From Neptunomonas phycophila (GTDB lineage: Bacteria > Pseudomonadota > Alphaproteobacteria > Caulobacterales > Caulobacteraceae): a stretch of DNA of 64,000 bases. Position numbers and translations under genes: made by a program. Of the stretch, positions 55,382 through 63,660 are shown one piece after another; position 1 is the first letter of the stretch, and every line of letters starts with the position of its first letter. The notes under the pieces were generated by a model. It made no database searches. It was not told where the DNA came from and saw only the letters and a program-made list of their open reading frames with translations. Where the stretch lies: positions 57,198 to 121,197 of the forward strand of contig CAXQIE010000013.1 in the NCBI GenBank assembly GCA_964224415.1, read 5' to 3'.

Positions 55382-55885
55382 GGATGCGGAGTGCCTGCTT
55401 GTGCCAGAACCTCAGTTCGGACTGCGGCATCCGCCCGATTTCGGTTCGCGTGAAACCCGGAAAGGCGACGGCGATCTCCGCCACCTCTTCGGCGGTCAGG
55501 GCATGCCCTGCGGAAAAAAACGGGCGACGATCATCCCCAGCTGGGTGAAGTCCCAGCCTGTCAGCTTGCGGGCAAAGGCCCGGGGCTGGTCGCACATGAC
55601 GGCGATCAGGATCTGTGCCGACTCGGCCTCGCCCTTGGCCTTGTCCAGAGCCAGCAAATCGTCACCCAGCGGCTCGCGCACGAACACCTGGGTGATCGTC
55701 TCGCTCGACGCCCGCCCTTCGTGATCGACCCTGGTCAGGACCACGGGCTTTCGCAGGGGGTAAGGCACCGGGCCATCCGGATATCCGCCCTGCGTGGGGT
55801 CGACAGCGGGATCCGCTGCGGGCGGGGCCATGACGATGTCGGGCTTCATCGCCGCATCATCGGCGGGGTGAGCTGCGTCGGTCAC
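55362..55885 (-). CDS. tail assembly chaperone, -1 frameshift-extended product
   Basis: The ORF 55362..55595 is in the -1 frame relative to 55496..55885. After the slip the product reads ...ARFFSAGHALTAEEVAEIAV.... It overlaps the tape-measure start. Confidence 0.7.
55496..55885 (-). CDS. tail assembly chaperone, short (zero-frame) product
   Basis: 129 aa ending ...ARFFPQGMP. It lies between the tail tube and tape-measure genes. Confidence 0.75.
   Translation of the reverse strand: MTDAAHPADDAAMKPDIVMAPPAADPAVDPTQGGYPDGPVPYPLRKPVVLTRVDHEGRASSETITQVFVREPLGDDLLALDKAKGEAESAQILIAVMCDQPRAFARKLTGWDFTQLGMIVARFFPQGMP
55514..55520 (-). promoter_or_regulatory. programmed -1 ribosomal frameshift slippery heptamer (U UUU UUU)
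   Basis: The minus strand reads CGT TTT TTT CCG in the zero frame. The seven T residues (A7 on the + strand) lie 6 codons before the zero-frame stop. Confidence 0.7.
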
Positions 55886-56241
55886 TGCATTTCCTCGGCG
55901 GCTTCACCCTTGAACACCACCTTGGCCTTGCCCTCGCCCTCGGTCAGCTGCACGGGCTCGGCCGAATAGCCGTTCCGCACGACATAGGACTGGCCCGTGT
56001 CGCACTCGAACATGATCACCGCATCGGTAATCCGGTTGATCTCGGTGACGCTGTCGCCCTCGCCGAACAGGATGGTCGCCTCGACGGTCGAGGGGACCAG
56101 CTCCTCGGTAAAGCCGCTGGTCGTATTGGACCCAGGGCGGGGTTCGCGCTTGACGCCGCCCGGGTCGAGGGTCGATCCCCGCTCGGTGTCATAGACCTTG
56201 CCGTTGACGCGAATCTTCGCGCGTCCGAATTTCTTCGCCAT
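55882..56241 (-). CDS. tail tube protein (Mu gpM-like)
   Basis: 119 aa. MAKKFGRAKIRVNGKVYDTERGSTLDPGG is present. It lies immediately after the sheath gene. Confidence 0.75.
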   Translation of the reverse strand: MAKKFGRAKIRVNGKVYDTERGSTLDPGGVKREPRPGSNTTSGFTEELVPSTVEATILFGEGDSVTEINRITDAVIMFECDTGQSYVVRNGYSAEPVQLTEGEGKAKVVFKGEAAEEMQ

Positions 56242-56256
56242 GGCTTGGGTGTCTCC

Positions 56257-57723
56257 TTACAGCCGGAACTGGACCTGGGCGGCCAGCATCCGGAACTGGT
56301 TGATGATGTCGGGCGGGATCAGCGCATTGACGCGGTTGGCATCGCTTTCGTCGCGCTCGATGATCAGGTCCGACTTGAACTGGTCGATGCCCTCGACCAG
56401 GCCCGCCTCTTCCAGGTCGCGGAACCAGGCGATCACCTCGGCCCGCAGCACCGAGGGCGTGACGATCGGCTGGCCGGGGGCATAGTTGGTGCCGTCATTG
56501 CCCAGCTTGTGGCGCGGGTATTTGGTTGCGATCCGCTGGCGCAGCGACCAGCGCAGATAGCTGAGGGTCAGCAGGGTATTGAGGTCGTAATAGGCCGGGT
56601 CCTCGCCCCCGTTGGCATCGGTCTGATAGGTGGTGATCGGCCGCTCCAGAGCGACCTCGTCATTGCTGGTCGCCACCCAGGTCGAAATGCCGTCGCGCAA
56701 TAGCAGCTCGCGCTCGGCCCGGGTGAACCGGTCCGACGGCGTCGGCGCATCGATCCCCGGCAGTACCAGGGTCTGGAACGGGCGCGCAGGATCCTCGGCG
56801 CCATAGCGCATCACCACGGCGGCATAGACAGCGGCGATCTGCCAGACCGGCTGCAGCGGGGCCTTGAAGCCGATGGTCGTCTCGAACTGGCTGTTCAGGG
56901 CCGCGCCGGCGGCGGCCAGGCTGCCCTGGGTGCCGACCCGGGCCGAGAACAACAGACCGTCCAGCGCCCGTTCAGGGCCCCAGCGGCTGGCCAGCTCGGT
57001 CAGGATGGCGGTGCGCGTCGCCGCCGACGTCCAGGGCACGATCACCGCATCGAACGGCTCATCTCCCATCTGGGCCAGCGGCGTGGTGATGTCAGGGTCC
57101 ACATCCCCGCCCGAGGCGGCGACGATGGTGAAGGCCACGCCCGCCGGCGTCACATCGTCCCGGCCGGGGTTGGCGCGGACGTCGATGGTGTTGCCCTGGG
57201 TGCCGTCATTGCGGGCCGTCCAGGTCACCACCCCGGCCACGGCAGCGGCGGTCAGCGGCAGGTCCGGATGCGCGGTGATGGCGGCGGCCAGGGCGGTGGC
57301 CAGGGTGCTGACCGTGTCCCCGGCCGAAACGCCAAAGCTGACCCGGCGACCGGCCATGGCATAGGCTTGGCGGCCCGCTCCGGTGGCGGCCGCAGTAAAG
57401 GTGATGGTACCGGTCGCGGCCACCCCGTCGTCGTCATCGGCGACCGGCAGCACCCAGACCTCGGCCGAGGTATTGGCCGCCATGAAGGCGGTCGCCATCT
57501 GGCCCAGCACAGACCGGGCGCCGACCTTGGGCCCGACCTCAGAGGGGGCATACAGGCGCTGCAGCAAGCCGGCCGAACCGGTGGCGGCGCCCTCGCGATT
57601 GCCGATCAGCAGCACGCGCGGGGTCTTGCGCGGCAGGCCGCGTCGGGCGCGCGAGGAATCGAATTCCACATAGGACCCGGGGGTCCGCAGATCGAGCGGG
57701 ATGGCGTTGAAGGCGATGGTCAT
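56257..57723 (-). CDS. contractile tail sheath protein (Mu gpL-like)
   Basis: 488 aa. The N-terminus IPLDLRTPGSYVEFDSSRA is typical of Mu-like sheath proteins. Confidence 0.85.
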   Translation of the reverse strand: MTIAFNAIPLDLRTPGSYVEFDSSRARRGLPRKTPRVLLIGNREGAATGSAGLLQRLYAPSEVGPKVGARSVLGQMATAFMAANTSAEVWVLPVADDDDGVAATGTITFTAAATGAGRQAYAMAGRRVSFGVSAGDTVSTLATALAAAITAHPDLPLTAAAVAGVVTWTARNDGTQGNTIDVRANPGRDDVTPAGVAFTIVAASGGDVDPDITTPLAQMGDEPFDAVIVPWTSAATRTAILTELASRWGPERALDGLLFSARVGTQGSLAAAGAALNSQFETTIGFKAPLQPVWQIAAVYAAVVMRYGAEDPARPFQTLVLPGIDAPTPSDRFTRAERELLLRDGISTWVATSNDEVALERPITTYQTDANGGEDPAYYDLNTLLTLSYLRWSLRQRIATKYPRHKLGNDGTNYAPGQPIVTPSVLRAEVIAWFRDLEEAGLVEGIDQFKSDLIIERDESDANRVNALIPPDIINQFRMLAAQVQFRL

Positions 57724-57953
57724 CAGGCGGTGTCTCCATCGGTCGAGCGCGAAGACGCGGGCGGCGTCGGGCTATCCGACCGGGGTTTGCGGGGGGTGCG
57801 CGCGGGGCGGTCGATCGGCTGGACGTCGCCGTCCTCGATCCGCCGGTTCCAATAGGGTGTCAGGGTCACGGCCTCGCCCTCCTCGGCCAGCAGGCGGCCA
57901 TCGGGGTGGCGCACGCGGCGGCCGTCATGGGGCTTAAGGGTCTGCTCAGTCAT
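57723..57953 (-). CDS. DUF2635-like small phage protein
   Basis: ATG at 57953. TLKPHDGRRVRHPDGRLLAEEGEAVTLTPYWNRRIEDGDV is present. The family is found upstream of sheath genes in Mu-like prophages. Confidence 0.6.
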   Translation of the reverse strand: MTEQTLKPHDGRRVRHPDGRLLAEEGEAVTLTPYWNRRIEDGDVQPIDRPARTPRKPRSDSPTPPASSRSTDGDTA

Positions 57954-58569
57954 CGGCGGCTTCCAGCGTCTGGCGCGTCTCAAGGCGCGGGGTGTCGTCG
58001 CCAGCGGCGGGGGCCAGCCAACCGGCGTTGAAGGTGGTGAAGTCGGTCAGGGGGTGCGGCTGCAGCACATCGGCCGGGGCCGCCTCGATCGTCATCCGGG
58101 TGGTAAAGCTGACCCCGAACAGGCTGGCCTTCAGCTTGCCCTGCACCGCGCCCGAATACAGCGACTGGCAGGCGCCGAGCGTCAGGGGGCTGATCTCCAG
58201 GCCCAGATCATTGCCCAGCAGCAGGGCCACCACATCGGCCACCATTTGATAGGTGCCGACCTCGCCCCCCGCCCCGAACCGGGCGGCGCCTTCATTGCGC
58301 AGGCTGCGGGCGGCGCAGATGACCGAATAGCGGGCCTCGACTTCGGCCCCGCCGCTCGACCGCTCGGTCTTGACCGTCCAGCCGCCGAACACGGTCCAGG
58401 CCGCCGGGAAGTCATTGACGTACTCGCCCAGCCGGTCATCGATATCGACCGGCAGGCTGTCCATCGCCCGCAGGGCATAGCCCAGAACATTCTGTTTGGA
58501 CGCGGCGCGCAGCCGCTCCTGGATGGCCAGCTCCACCTGGGCAAAGACGGGAGGAACGATCTCGCTCAT
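57946..58569 (-). CDS. Mu gp37-like protein (DUF1834)
   Basis: Support comes from the 207-aa size, position and the N-terminal pattern AQVELAIQERLRAA...LGYALRAMDS. Confidence 0.65.
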   Translation of the reverse strand: MSEIVPPVFAQVELAIQERLRAASKQNVLGYALRAMDSLPVDIDDRLGEYVNDFPAAWTVFGGWTVKTERSSGGAEVEARYSVICAARSLRNEGAARFGAGGEVGTYQMVADVVALLLGNDLGLEISPLTLGACQSLYSGAVQGKLKASLFGVSFTTRMTIEAAPADVLQPHPLTDFTTFNAGWLAPAAGDDTPRLETRQTLEAADD

Positions 58570-59063
58570 GCGGCGGCCGCCATATCGACGAAGTCCGCGA
58601 CCAGGGCGCGGATCTCGACGCGGTCCGCGTCATTGACCCCCAGCGCCGGTCGGGCGGGCATGGTCACCTGGCTGACCAGGGCAAAGCCGCCATCGGCCAG
58701 ACCAAAGGCCAGCTTGCCGCCCGACCTGGAGCGGATCACCCCGCCAAAGTGGTGGATGCGGGCCCGGATATCCGCCGTGCCGACCTCGGCCTCGGTCGCC
58801 GTGGCGCGGTCGATGTAGGAATCGCGCAGCAGGCCCCGGTCGACCAGGGTGGTGCCGCCGACCAGCTGGGCCCGCAGAGACTTCTTCCAGGGCTTGCCGT
58901 CCGGCCCCTTCTGTTCACGGAACCGGCCTCGGGCCACGTCGCGGACAAAGCCACCGATCGCGGCCATCAGGGGCTTGGTGTCGCCCAGCCGATCCCCCAG
59001 GCCTTCCAGCCGGCGGATGTCCTCGCGGTCCAGCTCGACCTTGTCCGACAGGCCCGCCATCAC
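58566..59063 (-). CDS. phage virion morphogenesis (tail completion) protein, Mu gpG-like
   Basis: PLMAAIGGFVRDVARGRFREQKGPDGKPWKK...GGTTLVDRGLLRDS is the Phage_tail_S pattern. Confidence 0.8.
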   Translation of the reverse strand: MMAGLSDKVELDREDIRRLEGLGDRLGDTKPLMAAIGGFVRDVARGRFREQKGPDGKPWKKSLRAQLVGGTTLVDRGLLRDSYIDRATATEAEVGTADIRARIHHFGGVIRSRSGGKLAFGLADGGFALVSQVTMPARPALGVNDADRVEIRALVADFVDMAAAA

Positions 59064-59512
59064 AGGCCCCTCAGGCTGTCGCGGCTGAACAGGCGCGACT
59101 GGGCCGTCGCGCGGATCACATCGGGGCGCGAGGGGGCGTCCTGCCCGTCCGCGACCGGCAGCTTGATCTTGCCGGCCGAAATGTCGCGCAGGGTCCGGAG
59201 CGCGTCCTCATAGCGCTTGCGCGCCTCCTCGGTCGGCTCCTGGAACAGACGGAAATAGGCGATGTCACAGGCCAGCCCGTTCAGCAGCGGCGGCACCGTC
59301 TGGAACGGCAGGGTATAGACCGCCCGCACATAGCCATCGATCAGATCCCCGGCATGCTGGAGCGCCTCGGCCGTCACCGACTCGTCAATGACCTCGGCCG
59401 GCGGAACGAAGCGGTCCGTCAGCTGGATCAGACGCCGCTCGGAAAAGCGGGTGATCAGGTCCTGGAGGGTGGCATAGGCCAAGGGAACGGGTCTCTCTGT
59501 TAAGAACGTCAC
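59060..59512 (-). CDS. Mu gp36-like head-tail connector protein (DUF1320)
   Basis: AYATLQDLITRFSERRLIQLTD is present. The track start (GTG at 59512) abuts a hairpin, so a TTG at 59482 giving MAYATLQDL is an alternative start. Confidence 0.75.
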   Translation of the reverse strand: MTFLTERPVPLAYATLQDLITRFSERRLIQLTDRFVPPAEVIDESVTAEALQHAGDLIDGYVRAVYTLPFQTVPPLLNGLACDIAYFRLFQEPTEEARKRYEDALRTLRDISAGKIKLPVADGQDAPSRPDVIRATAQSRLFSRDSLRGL

Positions 59513-59608
59513 CGGCGGGGCGGGGGCCCCGCCGGCTTACGCAAACCGGTCCGAACAGATGGACCGGGTGTGACCCGGCGCGGTGGGTCAGGGTCGGACC
59601 GCGCCGGA

Positions 59609-59899
59609 TCAATCCTTGGTGGCCGCCTTAGAAGCCGCCTCGAACGCAGCGGCACGGTCCTCGGACGTCATGGTCACCCAGCCGTCCGGACCGTTGACCT
59701 GAATGGTCAGGACGGGCTCTGCGAGGATGGCCAGCTTGTCGGCGTCCGGCAGTTCCGAAGGGATCACCGTCCATTCGCGATCGCCGAACACCATGCCGCC
59801 GCGCCGGAAGGCCATGCGCGAGGCCTTGGCCCGGACCTGCCCCGGGGCAGCTTCCGACGCCGGGGCGGCAGCAGCCGCCTTTTTCCGAGGCGCGGCCAT
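59609..59899 (-). CDS. small head-module protein (FluMu HI1506-like)
   Basis: 96 aa. It is coupled to the capsid gene by an ATGA-type overlap at 59899. The N-terminus is Ala/Lys-rich. The family assignment is from memory only. Confidence 0.5.
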   Translation of the reverse strand: MAAPRKKAAAAAPASEAAPGQVRAKASRMAFRRGGMVFGDREWTVIPSELPDADKLAILAEPVLTIQVNGPDGWVTMTSEDRAAAFEAASKAATKD

Positions 59900-60786
59900 C
59901 AGGCGAGCCTCGGCGCTTCGATCAGCTGGACCTCGCCGAAGTAGATGTTCGACGCGCCGCCATCCTTGTTCTGGGCCGTGAACAGGGTCTTGGCAGCGGC
60001 CGAGTTGGAGCTGCCAAAGACGATGTGGGTCGGCTTGATGCCGAGCGGTTCGCCCTCGTCGTTGGTCAGGCTGGCCATGGCCGTCTTGGCGGCCTCGTAG
60101 CTCGCCGCGTCAAGGGTCGCCGTCGATCGGTGTGCCAGCTGCCAGAGGGTGTAGCCGGCCGCGCCCCGGGCTTCGCCGCCCATCAGGTACTCGCCAGTCT
60201 TGAAGACGTGGCTGTCCTTGGAGTCGGTGACCATGTCGAACGCCGGGGCCTGGCGGTTCTGGTACAGGATCGGCTTCAGCGGCTTGCTGAGGTCAACCAG
60301 GAACCACGGCTGCACCGCGCCAGCCCCGGACATGTTGGACGTCGGTGTGTCGTCCTTGCCCATCGGGTGTTCAGTGTCGAAGAAGTTCTGGCCGTCGAAG
60401 CAGGGCCGCTCGTGGCCGTGCTTCAGGGCGTCGAAGGACAGGCTGTCCTTCAGCTGGCCAGCGTCCTTGCCCCAGCCCGCGACGATCGGGCCGTAGAGGC
60501 CGAGATTGTCGTCGGAGATCTTGTTCTTGTGGATGCCGATCGTGGCCTCGAAGTCCTCGTTCACGAGGCCGTAGGCCTTCTCGGCCAGCGAGCGGATGCG
60601 CTTTTCGCCCAGCCACTTGCGGAAGATCGGCAAGTCGCCGAGGAAGCCATAGGTCTCGACCTTGGTAGTCGAGGTGACGGTCGTGACCAGCGGCTCCGAT
60701 ACTGGCGCGGCAAGCGCCAGGCCGTTGTTGAACTGGGTGTTGAACCCGGTCCGGAGCGCCTGCAGGGTGGCTTGGGAAATGATCAA
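59899..60786 (-). CDS. major capsid protein (Mu gpT-like)
   Basis: MIISQATLQALRTGFNTQFNNG...TKVETYGFLGDLPIFRKWLGEK is the Mu major-head-subunit signature. Confidence 0.9.
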   Translation of the reverse strand: MIISQATLQALRTGFNTQFNNGLALAAPVSEPLVTTVTSTTKVETYGFLGDLPIFRKWLGEKRIRSLAEKAYGLVNEDFEATIGIHKNKISDDNLGLYGPIVAGWGKDAGQLKDSLSFDALKHGHERPCFDGQNFFDTEHPMGKDDTPTSNMSGAGAVQPWFLVDLSKPLKPILYQNRQAPAFDMVTDSKDSHVFKTGEYLMGGEARGAAGYTLWQLAHRSTATLDAASYEAAKTAMASLTNDEGEPLGIKPTHIVFGSSNSAAAKTLFTAQNKDGGASNIYFGEVQLIEAPRLA

Positions 60787-60797
60787 CGGGGCGCTCC

Positions 60798-61256
60798 TTA
60801 AGCGAAGTTGGCTTTGCCGATCGAGACCCAGACGGCCTCGTCGGTGACGTCCTCGATCACCCCGGCGCGAGCCCGGGTCGAAGAGGCACTGGTCTTGGCG
60901 ACGGTCTGGTCGTCGACGATGAAGGCCGACTTGCCGATGTCGGCCCTGGTGATCAGGTCACCGGCCGATGAGTTGGCAAAGCCGTAGCAGCCGCGATCGA
61001 CGTCCAGCTCTACATCCCCGTTCGAGGCGCCGCCGGTGACGGTGTCGAGGGCGACCCCGACACAGACATGGGTCAGGGCATCGGCGGCCTGGGCGGCGGT
61101 GTCCGCGCCCTGGCCGGCACGGCCGGCGCGGGCGAAGCCGTCATCCAGGATGACCAGGGCCGACTGCAGGATGGTGACACCGGCGGTGACCGGCACGACG
61201 AACCGGTTGGTCGCGGCCAGCTTGGCGATTTTGCGGGGGGCAGTCAGTGCGGTCAC
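60798..61256 (-). CDS. head-associated protein of unknown role (possible decoration/cement protein)
   Basis: 152 aa, between the protease/scaffold gene and the major capsid gene. The assignment rests on position only. Confidence 0.45.
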   Translation of the reverse strand: MTALTAPRKIAKLAATNRFVVPVTAGVTILQSALVILDDGFARAGRAGQGADTAAQAADALTHVCVGVALDTVTGGASNGDVELDVDRGCYGFANSSAGDLITRADIGKSAFIVDDQTVAKTSASSTRARAGVIEDVTDEAVWVSIGKANFA

Positions 61257-62422
61257 TGGGCGGTCTCCGATTCACGGGTCTTCAGGAACTCGGCCTCATC
61301 GACCCCAAGCGCCGCGCATGCCGCGCGGTCCTCGTCGGTCAGCTGGGGCTTGCCGTCGGCGGCGGGCTTGGCCGTGGCCTTGCCCTGGCCGGGCTGGATG
61401 ACGGCGGGCTGCTGATCGACGAAGGCGGCAAAGCCGGCCTCGTCCTTGAGGAAATAGCCGAGGGCCCAGTCGCGATTGGCCGGGGCGATCTTGCCGCCCT
61501 CGATGGCGCGATCGACGGCGGCGGTGGCGCGCTCCTCATTGATGACCTTCAGCTGGCCCGTGGCCGCGTCATAGGTCTCGATCGGCACGAACTTCTTGGG
61601 ATCGGGCGAACCCTTGCCACCGGCCACGGCGGCAGCGGCGGCCGTGGTCACCTCTTCACCGGTGGCCTCGGGCTTGAGGCCCAGGGCGGCGGCGGTGGCG
61701 GCCAGGGCCTCGGCTGCGCCGGAGGCCTGCGTCAGTGCGGCGATCGAGGCGCAGGCATCGGCCTCGGTCGCGTCGTCCTTCAGCCCGAGGGCCGTGAGGA
61801 TGGTTTTCATTGCGGAGGGATTCCCTTCAGATGTTTCGACCGCCGCCGCAGCGGCGATCTCCCGGATGGCCGGCCTGTTGACCAGGCCGACGTTGAAGAT
61901 GCGGGTGACGCGGCCCGAGGCCTTGTCCGACCCGAAGTAGGGCGACAGATAACGATAGGCGCGGCTGGCCAGCTTGGCGGCCGCATCGGCGGTCCATGTC
62001 GCGGTGGCCCAGATGCCATCGGCCTCGACCGTCAGGCTGGCGGGATCGATCCAGCCCGCCGCCTCGGCGCGCCCGCCCTTGCCGGGCCCGACGGCGAAGA
62101 CGCCCTGATGGTCGTAGTCGACCATCATGTCCCGGGGCGTCAGGGTGGCTTGGGTGGCCGCGACCACCTCGGCCGCATGGGCCGCATCTTCCAGCACCCA
62201 GGGGCCGCGACCGTCCCAAGGCACAATCTGCCCCATGGGCAGCAGCTGGACGCGCTGGCTGGGCACGCCATCGGCCCCGATGACGACTGGGGTCGCCAGG
62301 GTGGCCGAGGCATGAATGCGATCTTCGGTGGCAGGGTTCACGGGCTGACCATCAGGGCCGGGGGCGTCCCGGCGTCGAGGTCTGCAGATTGCCGTCCCGG
62401 ACCACCCCATATCAGGGTGCAC
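61253..62422 (-). CDS. head maturation protease/scaffold (Mu gpI-like)
   Basis: VQLLPMGQIVPWDGRGPWVL...AGWID...RYLSPYF is present, followed by an Ala-rich scaffold C-terminus. The start is uncertain: the GTG at 62422 lies inside a palindrome, and ATG at 62410 is an alternative. Confidence 0.8.
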   Translation of the reverse strand: MHPDMGWSGTAICRPRRRDAPGPDGQPVNPATEDRIHASATLATPVVIGADGVPSQRVQLLPMGQIVPWDGRGPWVLEDAAHAAEVVAATQATLTPRDMMVDYDHQGVFAVGPGKGGRAEAAGWIDPASLTVEADGIWATATWTADAAAKLASRAYRYLSPYFGSDKASGRVTRIFNVGLVNRPAIREIAAAAAVETSEGNPSAMKTILTALGLKDDATEADACASIAALTQASGAAEALAATAAALGLKPEATGEEVTTAAAAAVAGGKGSPDPKKFVPIETYDAATGQLKVINEERATAAVDRAIEGGKIAPANRDWALGYFLKDEAGFAAFVDQQPAVIQPGQGKATAKPAADGKPQLTDEDRAACAALGVDEAEFLKTRESETAQ

Positions 62423-62443
62423 CGGTGCACCCCGCGCGCGGGG
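62417..62443. other. two abutting perfect 14-bp palindromes between the F-like and I-like genes
   Basis: GTGCACCGGTGCAC (62417-62430) and CCCCGCGCGCGGGG (62430-62443) were read directly from the sequence. Confidence 0.5.
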
Positions 62444-62478
62444 CCTTCAGCGATCCTTCAGAGGGCCTTTAGCGGTCT

Positions 62479-63573
62479 CTAATCGACCGTCTGGAAACGC
62501 CAGACCGGCGACGTCCCGCCCGACGCCATATCGATCACCTGACCCCGACGGCGATAGCGCCGCAACAGCATGGCCGGCGCCTCGCCCCGGCGCACCCAGA
62601 TCCAGCTGATCCGGTCGGGCTCCAGCAGGGTCGCAGGGTCCAGGTCTGCCAGCTCGGCCGACGACAGCTTCATGCGCTTTCCGGCCGCGTCGAGGAACAG
62701 GCTGGGGCCGATGATCTGGGGATAGCCTTCCCGGTCCAGCCACACCCGGTCCTCGGCCTCGGCATCAAAGGCCGACAGGAACCGCTGGGCGGCGGCCTCG
62801 GCCGAGGCGGTGGCGTCATCCACCTCGGCCCCGCCCGGCAGCAGGCTCGGCGAGCCCGACCGCAGATAGGCCTCGCCCGTATTGTAGTTGAAGCCCGGCC
62901 CGATGCCGGTCTCGATCACCTGGACCTCGCCCGTCCGGCCATTGGTATAGGTACGCGGCGGAAAGCGCGGCGGTGCCCGCGTCGGGTCAAGGCCCCGCGC
63001 CTCGGCCTGGCGACGGCTGATCTGCAGCACCGTGCAGCGACAGCCCCAGTCGCAGGGCGGATAGTGGGTGGACCACCACGGATCATCGACCGGCAGGCAC
63101 ACCCCGTCCCAGGCCCGATGCTCGGGCCGCACCGCCGCATCGCCCGCCGTCTGATAGACCAGCAGCGGCAAGAGGGCCTTGGACTCCTGGATGCGCTCCC
63201 AGCGCCCGGCCGCATAGGCCTGGCGGACGTTCATCTCGAAGATGGTCTTCAGCCGGCGCGGGCTGCCCAGCTGCACGGCACGCGCCTTGCCCGTCGCCGG
63301 GTCCACCACATCGCGCCTGCCCCACCACCCCTGCGCCTCCAGCCGGGGCCGCAGCTCCTCGCTGAAGGTGGCAAAGGTGATCCCCTCCGATATCGCCCGA
63401 TCGACCGAGGCCCGGATCGTCTCCAGGATCGACCGCTCCATGGCCTTGGCCACGGTAAACACCCGGGCATGCTCCGCCTCCCAGACGTCACGCCAGTCAA
63501 AGCCGATCTCCAGCCCCTTGGACCGAAAGAACCGGATCGCCTCCTCGGGCGGCAGGGAGGGGAGAGGGTCCAT
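62479..63573 (-). CDS. head morphogenesis protein (Mu gpF / SPP1 gp7 family)
   Basis: ATG at 63573 has GGGAG 9 nt upstream. PPEEAIRFFRSKG...WRDVWEAEHARVFTVAKAM...CRCTV is present. Confidence 0.85.
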   Translation of the reverse strand: MDPLPSLPPEEAIRFFRSKGLEIGFDWRDVWEAEHARVFTVAKAMERSILETIRASVDRAISEGITFATFSEELRPRLEAQGWWGRRDVVDPATGKARAVQLGSPRRLKTIFEMNVRQAYAAGRWERIQESKALLPLLVYQTAGDAAVRPEHRAWDGVCLPVDDPWWSTHYPPCDWGCRCTVLQISRRQAEARGLDPTRAPPRFPPRTYTNGRTGEVQVIETGIGPGFNYNTGEAYLRSGSPSLLPGGAEVDDATASAEAAAQRFLSAFDAEAEDRVWLDREGYPQIIGPSLFLDAAGKRMKLSSAELADLDPATLLEPDRISWIWVRRGEAPAMLLRRYRRRGQVIDMASGGTSPVWRFQTVD

Positions 63574-63660
63574 AGGGGCTACTCCCGAACGACCAGCTGC
63601 GGGGCGGTCAGGAGGGCGGCCGGCCGCATCCACCGTTGGGTCGGGCGACTGGACCGTTGA

